Shown: in pieces, positions 51,101 through 60,100 of the stretch
Position numbering within the stretch: position 1 is the stretch's first letter
How the letters are laid out: each line of letters starts with the position of its first letter
Origin: Eledone cirrhosa
Taxonomy: Eukaryota
DNA: 64,000 bases
Direction: 5' to 3'
Assembly: GCA_964016885.1 (NCBI GenBank)
Contig: OZ024759.1
Span: 3,906,001-3,970,000 of the forward strand
Program-made: the position numbers and the translations under genes
Notes under the pieces: generated by a model
What the model was told of the DNA's origin: nothing
What the model saw: the letters and a program-made list of their open reading frames with translations, nothing else
Database searches by the model: none

Positions 51101-54100
51101 ACATAGCTATGGAGTGTCTCACCAGCAGGCCACATTGCTATACAGTGTCTTGTCAGCAGGCCACATAGCTATGGAGTGTCTTGTCAGCAGGCCACATAGC
51201 TATGGAGTGTCTCACCAGCAGGCCACATTGCTATACAGTGTCTTGTCAGCAGGCCACATAGCTATACAGTGTCTTGTCAGCAGGCCATATTGCTATGGAG
51301 TGTCTCACCAGCAGGCCACATAGCTATGGAGTGTCTTGTCAGTGGGCCACATAGCTATGGAGTGTTTCACCAGCAGGCCACATAGCTATGCAGTGTCTTG
51401 TCAGCAGGCCACATACAGTGTCTTGTCAGAAGGCCATATTGCTATGCAGTGTCTTGTCAGCAGGCCACATTGCTATAGAGTGTCTTGTCAGCAGGCCACA
51501 TAGCCATGGAGTGTCTCACCAGCAGGCCACATTGCTATGCAGTGTCTCACCAGCATGCCACATAGCTATGTAGTGTCTTGTAAACAGGCCACATAGCTAT
51601 GCAGTGTCTCACCAGCAGGCCACATAGCTATGCAGTGTCTCACCAGCAGGCCACATTGCTATGCAGTGGCTCACCAGCAGGCCACATTGCTATGTAGTGT
51701 CTCACCAGCAGGCCACATTGCTATGTAGTGTCTCACCAGCAGGCCACATTGCTATGTAGTGTCTTGTCAGCAGGCCATATTGCTATGCAGTTTCTCACCA
51801 GCAGGCCACATAGCTATGTAGTGTCTTGTCAGCAGGCCACATAGCTATGCAGTGTCTCACCAGCAGGCCACATTGCTATGCAGTGTCTCACCAGCAGGCC
51901 ACATTGCTATGCAGTGTCTTGTCAGCAGGCCATATTGCTATGTAGTGTCTCACCAGCAGGCCACATAGCTATGTAGTGTCTCGTCAGCAGGCCACATAGC
52001 TATGGAGTGTCTCACCAGCAGGCCACATAGCTATGCAGTGTCTCACCAGCAGGCCACATAGCTATGCAGTGTCTCACCAGCAGGCCACATAGCTATGGAG
52101 TGTCTCACCAGCAGGCCACATAGCTATGGAGTGTCTCACCAGCAGGCCACATTGCTATGCAGTTTCTCACCAGCAGGCCACATTGCTTTGTAGTGTCTCA
52201 CCAGCAGGCCACATTGCTATGCAGTTTCTCACCAGCAGGCTACATAGCTATGTAGTGTCTCACCAGCAGGCCACATAGCTATGTAGTGTCTCACCAGCAG
52301 GCCACATAGCTATGTAGTGTCTCGTCAGCAGGCCACATAGCTATGGAGTGTCTCGTCAGCAGGCCACATAGCTATGGAGTGTCTTGTCGGCAGGCCACAT
52401 AGCTATGGAGTGTCTCACCAGCAGGCCACATAGCTATGTAGTGTCTCGTCAGCAGGCCACATAGCTATGGAGTGTCTTGTCGGCAGGCCACATAGCTATG
52501 GAGTGTCTCACCAGCAGGCCACATAGCTATGGAGTGTCTCACCAGCAGGCCACATTGCTATGTAGTGTCTCACCAGCAGGCCACATAGCTATGGAGTGTC
52601 TCACCAGCAGGCCACATTGCTATGTAGTGTCTCACCAGCAGGCCACATAGCTATGTAGTGTCTCGTCAGCAGGCCACATAGCTATGGAGTGTCTTGTCGG
52701 CAGGCCACATAGCTATGGAGTGTCTCACCAGCAGGCCACATAGCTATGGAGTGTCTTGTCAGCAGGCCACATTGCTATGTAGTGTCTCACCAGCAGGCCA
52801 CATAGCTATGGAGTGTCTCACCAGCAGGCCACATTGCTATGTAGTGTCTCGTCAGCAGGCCACATAGCTATGCAGTATCTCATCAGCAGGCCGCATTGCT
52901 ATGTAGTGTCTCGTCGGCAGGCCATGATATAAAATAAGTAATGAGAACATATGTAAAAATGAATGCAGTAATATAATAAAATACTCTGACAATTTTAATA
53001 AACTCTGACAAAGCCATGACACCTGGCAGTGTATTTAAACCAGGGTTGCCATTTGTTCATTGAACATATTTACTTCTAATAATACTGAACACTTTTAACA
53101 TAGAAAAATAAATAAACATTGATTATTATCAAATACAGTCCCTTACAGATGTTTTACTAGGAGACAGCTAACTAAAATGAACAATTTTGAGGATGAAATG
53201 AAATAACTATGTCAGACATACTGACTTTTTTAGGTAAGTCTGGGTCATTTCACATCCCTGCCATACAGATACTATGTATGTACATATATACACGAATACA
53301 CACACACAGTCCCTTTGACCTCGATGTCTGATTATTCTATCTCTCTGAGTTTGATTGTTTCTTACTGTCACATTAAAACATTACGTTCAGTTAAGTGAGT
53401 CTTGTGGTTAGACGTGTTCTCTAGTTGGTATTTTAATCCAAAATAATTCAGAACACTTTTTCAGGGGATCGCTTAGTCTAAGATTGAAACCTGTCGGCAG
53501 GCCAGATGTGGCCCGCGGGCCAGATGTGGCCTACGGGCCAGGGATTTAATGACCCCTAATCTATACTATAGTGATATCAACTATTTTATATCTATATCAT
53601 CTGTACTATATCCCTACAACCTATATTATATCTATAGCTATACTATATCTATTCCTCTATATTATATCTATTGAAGGCGCAAGGATTAGTGGTAAGAGCG
53701 TCAGGCTTACAATCATAAAGTTGTGAGTTCGATGCCTGAATCTTACTGTGTTTTGTGTTCTTGAACAACTCACTTTATTTCATGTTGCTCAAGATACTCT
53801 GCTATAGAAATGAGTTGTGATGTCACACTTTCAATAGGAACACACACCTGTCTCTCAGTTACACCTGCTGTTGTTTTATTTCAATATATTATGCTACAAC
53901 AAAGTTATGCTACATCACTTATCTTATTAGAAATATGGTAATGAAAGGGTTAATGACATAGACAGTGTCTTTCATTATAAATGTGGTAATGAAAGGGTTA
54001 ATGACATAGACAGTGTCTTTCATTAGAAATGTGGTAATGAAAGGGTTAATGACATAGACAGTGTCTTTCATTAGAAATGTGGTAATGAAAGGGTTAATTA

Positions 54101-57100
54101 CTACACCATATACCTGTATGACAGTTGCTACCTTCATAACCAGCAGCACATCCTCCACTAGAACACACACCTGTCTGTTTGTTACATTTACTGTTGTCAA
54201 CACAGTGACATGTGTTGCCACAGTTGGCTCCAAATTTACCTGATTTACAGACTGGAAATAAAATATGAGAACAATGACAATTATAACAACATTTACACTA
54301 TACAAGATAATAAATATCACAATATTATATCATCTATATTATAGTGTTGTCATCTATACCAGAGGTCGGCATCCTTTTGGGGTGTGCGGGCCACATTGCT
54401 ATGGAGTGCCACACAGGAAGGCCACATTTCTATGCAGTGTCTCACTGGCAGGCCATATTGTTACGAAGTGTCTTGTCAGTTGCTCACATTGCTATACAGT
54501 GTCTTGTCAGCAGGCCACATTGCTATGGAGTGTCTTGTCAGCAGGCCACATTGCTATGGAGTGTCTTGTCAGCAGGCCACATAGCTATGGAGTGTCTTGT
54601 CAGCAGGCCACATAACTATGGAGTGTCTCACCAGCAGGCCACATTGCTATGGAGTGTCTTGTCAGCAGCCCACATAGCTATGGAGTGTCTTGTCAGCAGC
54701 CCACATAGCTATGGAGTGTCTTGTCAGCAGGCCACATTGCTATACAGTATCTTGTCAGCAGGCCACATAGCTATGGAGTGTCTCACCAGCAGGCCACATT
54801 GCTATGGAGTGTCTTGTCAGCAGGCCACATAGCTATGGAGTGTCTTGTCAGCAGGCCACATAGCTATGGAGTGTCTCACCAGCAGGCCACATAGCTATGT
54901 AGTGTCTTGTCAGCAGGCCACATAGCTATACAGTGTCTTGTCAGCAGGCCACATAGCTATGTAGTGTCTCACCAGCAGGCCACATAGCTATGTAGTGTCT
55001 TGTCAACAGGCCACATAGCTATGGAGTGTCTCACCAGCAGGCCACATAGCTATGTAGTGTCTCACCAGCAGGCCACATAGCTATGGAGTGTCTCACCAGC
55101 AGGCCACATAGCTATGGAGTGTCTTGTCAGCAGGCCACATTGCAATGCAGTGTTTCACCAGAAGGCCACATAGCTATGGAGTGTCTCACCAGCAGGCCAC
55201 ATAGCTATGGAGTGTCTCACCAGCAGGCCACATAGCTATGGAGTGTCTCACCAGCAGGCCACATAGCTATGTAGTGTCTCACCAGCAGGCCACATAGCTA
55301 TGTAGTGTCTCACCAGCAGGCCACATAGCTATGTAGTGTCTTGTCAGCAGGCCACATAGCTATGGAGTGTCTCACCAGCAGGCCACATAGCTATGTAGTG
55401 TCTCACCAGCAGGCCACATAGCTATGGAGTGTCTCACCAGCAGGCCACATAGCTATAGAGTGTCTTGTCAGCAGGCCACATTGCAATGCAGTGTTTCACC
55501 AGCAGGCCACATAGCTATGGAGTGTCTCACCAGCAGGCCACATAGCTATGGAGTGTCTCACCAGCAGGCCACATAGCTATGGAGTGTCTCACCAGCAGGC
55601 CACATAGCTATGTAGTGTCTCACCAGCAGGCCACATAGCTACTTAGTGTCTTGTCAGCAGGCCACATTGCAATGCAGTGTTTCACCAGCAGGCCACATAG
55701 CTATGCAGTGTCTCACCAGCAGGCCACATAGCTATGGAGTGTCTCACCAGCAGGCCACATAGCTATGTAGTGTCTTGTCAGCAGGCCACATAGCTATACA
55801 GTGTCTTGTCAGCAGGCCACATAGCTATGGAGTGTCTCACCAGCAGGCCACATAGCTATGGAGTGTCTCACCAGCAGGCCACATAGCTATGGAGTGTCTC
55901 ACCAGCAGATCACATAGCTATGGAGTGTCTCACCAGCAGGCCACATAGCTATGTAGTGTCTTGTCAGCAGGCCACATAGCTATACAGTGTCTTGTCAGCA
56001 GGCCACATAGCTATGGAGTGTCTCACCAGCAGGCCACATTGCTATGCAGTGTCTTGTCAGCAGGCCACATAGCTATGTAGTGTCTCACCAGCAGGCCACA
56101 TAGCTATGTAGTGTCTTGTCAGCAGGCCACATAGCTATACAGTGTTTTGTCAGCAGGCCACATAGCTATGGAGTGTCTCACCAGCAGGCCACATAGCTAT
56201 GGAGTGTCTCACCAGCAGGCCACATTGCTATGTAGTGTCTCACCAGCAGGCCACATAGCTATGCAGTGTCTCACCAGCAGGCCACATTGCTATGCAGTGT
56301 CTTGTCAGCAGGCCACATAGCTATGCAGTGTCTCACCAGCAGGCCACATAGCTATCTAGTGTCTCACCAGCAGGCCTCATAGCTATGTAGTGTCTCGTCA
56401 GCAGGCCACATAGCTATAGAGTGTCTCACCAGCAGGCCACATAGCTATGTAGTGTCTTGTCAGCAGGCCACATAGCTATGGAGTGTTTCACCAGCAGGCC
56501 ACATAGCTATGTAGTGTCTCGTCAGCAGGCCACATAGCTATGCAGTGTCTTGTCAGCAGGCCACATTGCTATGTAGTGTCTCGTCAGCAGGCCACATTGC
56601 TATGTAGTGTCTCGTCAGCAGGACACATAGCTATGTAGTGTCTCGTCAGCAGGCCACATTGCTATGTAGTGTCTCGTCAGCAGGACACATAGCTATGGAG
56701 TGTCTCACCAGCAGGCCACATAGCTATGGAATGTCTCACCAGCAGGCCACATTGCTATGTAGTGTCTCGTTGGCAGGCCATGATATCAAATAAGTAATGA
56801 GAACATATGTAAAAAGAATGCAGTAATATAATAAAATACTCTGACAGTTTTAATAAACTCTGACAAAGCCATGACACCTGGCAGTGTATTTAAACCAGGG
56901 TTGCCATTTGTTCATTGAACATATTTACTTCTAATAATACTGAACACTTTTAACATAGAAAAATAAATAAACATTGATTATTATCAAATACAGTCCCTTA
57001 CAGATGTTTTACTAGGAGACAGCTAACTAAAATGAACAATTTTGAGGATGAAATGAAATAACTATGTCAGACATACTGACTTTTTTAGGTAAGTCTGGGT

Positions 57101-60100
57101 CATTTCACATCCCTGCCATACAGATACTATGTATGTACATATATACACGAATACACACACACAGTCCCTTTGACCTCGATGTCTGACTATTGTATCTCTC
57201 TGAGTTTGATTGTTTCTTACTGTCACATTAAAACATTACGTTCAGTTAAGTGAGTCTTGTGGTTAGACGTGTTCTCTAGTTGGTATTTTAATCCCAAATA
57301 ATTCGGAACAATTTTTAAGGGGATCGCTTAGTCTAAGATTAAAACCTGTCGGCAGGCCAGATGTGGCCAGGGATTTGATGACCCCTAATCTATACTATAG
57401 TGATATCAACTATTTTATATCTATATCATCTGTACTATATCCCTACAACCTATATTATATCTATAGCTATACTATATCTATTCCTCTATATTATATCTAT
57501 TGAAGGCGCAAGGATTAGTGGTAAGAGCGTCAGGCTTACAATCTTAAAGTTGTGAGTTCGATGCCTGAATCTTGCTGTGTTTTGTGTTCTTGAACAACTC
57601 ACTTTATTTCATGTTGCTCAAGATACTCTGCTATAGAAATGAGTTGTGATGTCAAACTTTCAATAAGAACACACACCTGTCTCTAAGTTACACCTGCTGT
57701 TGTTTTGTTTCAATATATTATGCTACAACAAAGTTATGCTACATCACTTACCTTATTAGAAATATGGTAATGAAAGGGTTAATGACATAGACAGTGTCTT
57801 TCATTAGAAATATGGTAATGAAAGGGTTAATGACATAGACAGTGTCTTTCATTAGAAATATGGTAATGAAAGGGTTAATGACATATACAGTGTCTTTCAT
57901 TAGAAATATGGTAATGAAAGGGTTAATGACATAGACAGTGTCTTTCATTAGATATATGGTAATGAAAGGGTTAATGACATAGGCAGTGTCTTTCTTTAGA
58001 AATATGGTAATGAAAGGGTTAATGACATAGACAGTGTCTTTCATTAGAAATATGGTAATGAAAGGGTTAATGACATATACAGTGTCCTTCATTAGAAATA
58101 TGGTAATGAAAGGCTTAATGACATAGACAGTGTCTTTCATTAGAAATATGGTAATGAAAGGGTTAATGACATAGAGTGTCTTTCATTAGAAATATGGTAA
58201 TGAAAGTGTTAATGACATAGACAGTGTCTTTCATTAGAAATATGGTAATGAAATGGTTAATGACATATACAGTATCTTTCATTAGAAATATGGTAATGAA
58301 AGGGTTAATGACATATACAGTGTCCTTCATTAGAAATATGGTAATGAAAGGGTTAATGACATAGACAGTGTCTTTCATTAGAAATATGGTAATGAAAGGG
58401 TTAATGACATAGAGTGTCTTTCATTAGAAATATGGTAATGAAAGGGTTAATGACATATACAGTGTCCTTCATTAGAAATATGGTAATGAAAGGGTTAATG
58501 ACATATACAGTGTCCTTCATTAGAAATATGGTAATGAAAGGGTTAATGACATAGACAGTGTCTTTAAGTAGAGATATGTAATGAAAGTTTTAATGACATG
58601 TCTTTAAGTAGAAATATGGTAATGAAAGAGTTAATGACATAGACAGTGTCTTTCATTAGAAATATGGTAATGAAAGGGTTAATGACATATACAGTGTCTT
58701 TCATTAGAAATATGGTAATAGGAAGTTTAATTACTATACTACTTACCTCTCTGACAGTTGCTACCTTCATAACCAGCAGCACATCCTCCACTAGAACATA
58801 CACCTGTCTCTATGTTACACCTGATGTTGTTTTGTTTCAATATATTAAGCTACAGACTAAGCTATACTACACAACACACTTCATTGGAACACACACCTGT
58901 CGCTGTGTTACATCTCGCTGTTTGTTACACCTCTCTGTATGTTACACCTGCTGTTGTCTTGACCCACTATATTAAGTTATAAACAAAGCTATACTACACC
59001 ACTTACCTGTCTGACAGTTGCTACCTTCATAACCAGCAGTACATCCTCCACTAGAACACACACCTGTCTGTTTGTTATATTTACTGTTGTCAACACAGTG
59101 ACATGTGTTGCCACATTGGCTCCAAATATACCATTTCTACAGACTGTGGAAATAAAAATATGAGAACAATGACAACAACAACAACATATAACACTATACA
59201 AGATAATCATCATCCTCATCATTACCATATAATGTCCATTTTCTATGCTAGCATGGGTTAGATATACTGTCCCATTGTGAGAAAAGTTGGGTCAGATGGC
59301 CATGTCTTGCTTATGCAGAACTGATTTGGGATTGGTTTTGATGGCTGGATGCCCTTCCAAATGCCAACCACTTTACAGTGTGGACTGGGCACTTTTTGTT
59401 GTGTCACCAACTTGACCACTTTACAATGAGAGCTGAGCACTTTTTGTTGTGGCATTATCACAACCATTTTACAGTGTGTGCTGGGCACTTTTTGTTGTGG
59501 CATTATCACAACCATTTTACAGTGTGTGCTGGGCACTTTTTGTTGTGGCACTATCACAACCATTTTACAGTGTCGGCTGGGCACTTTTTGTTGTGACACT
59601 ATCACAAGCACTTTATAGTGTGGGCTGGGCATTTTTGTTGTGGCACTATCACAACCACTTTACAATGAGGGCTGGGCACATTTTGTGTCACCAACATGAC
59701 CACTTTATAGTGTGGGCTGGGCATTTTCGTTGTGGCACTATCACAACCACTTTACAGTGTGGACTGGGGACTTGAGTGGGGCAGTTGCATGGGGATTGAG
59801 GAGGTAGATTTAGGGGCATGGGTGAGGGGTGGGGATTTAGTAGCTCACTGACCTTTCTTCAACCCATTCTCACACTGGCTACTGTGCTTTCAGAACACCT
59901 TCCTCCACTGCAAGTAACAGAAACTATGTACCACTTCTTCATAACCAGCACCACACCCTCTACTGTAACACACCTGTCTTACAGTTGCTATCTTCATAAC
60001 CATCACCACACACTTCACTGGAACACACACCTGTCTCTGTGTTACATCTAGCTGTTTGTTACACCTGCTGTTGTTAGTACAGTGACATGTGTGTTTACAG

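Noticed and set aside
44570-56780. CRISPR-like look of the 31-bp repeat array
   Set aside because: Units are contiguous with no unique spacers, there are no cas genes, the context is eukaryotic, and the array lies inside a hAT element.
41699-58803. [16 protein letters not shown]-repeat ORFs resembling membrane proteins
   Set aside because: Translation of the 48-bp intronic minisatellite; 47-bp variants break the frame.
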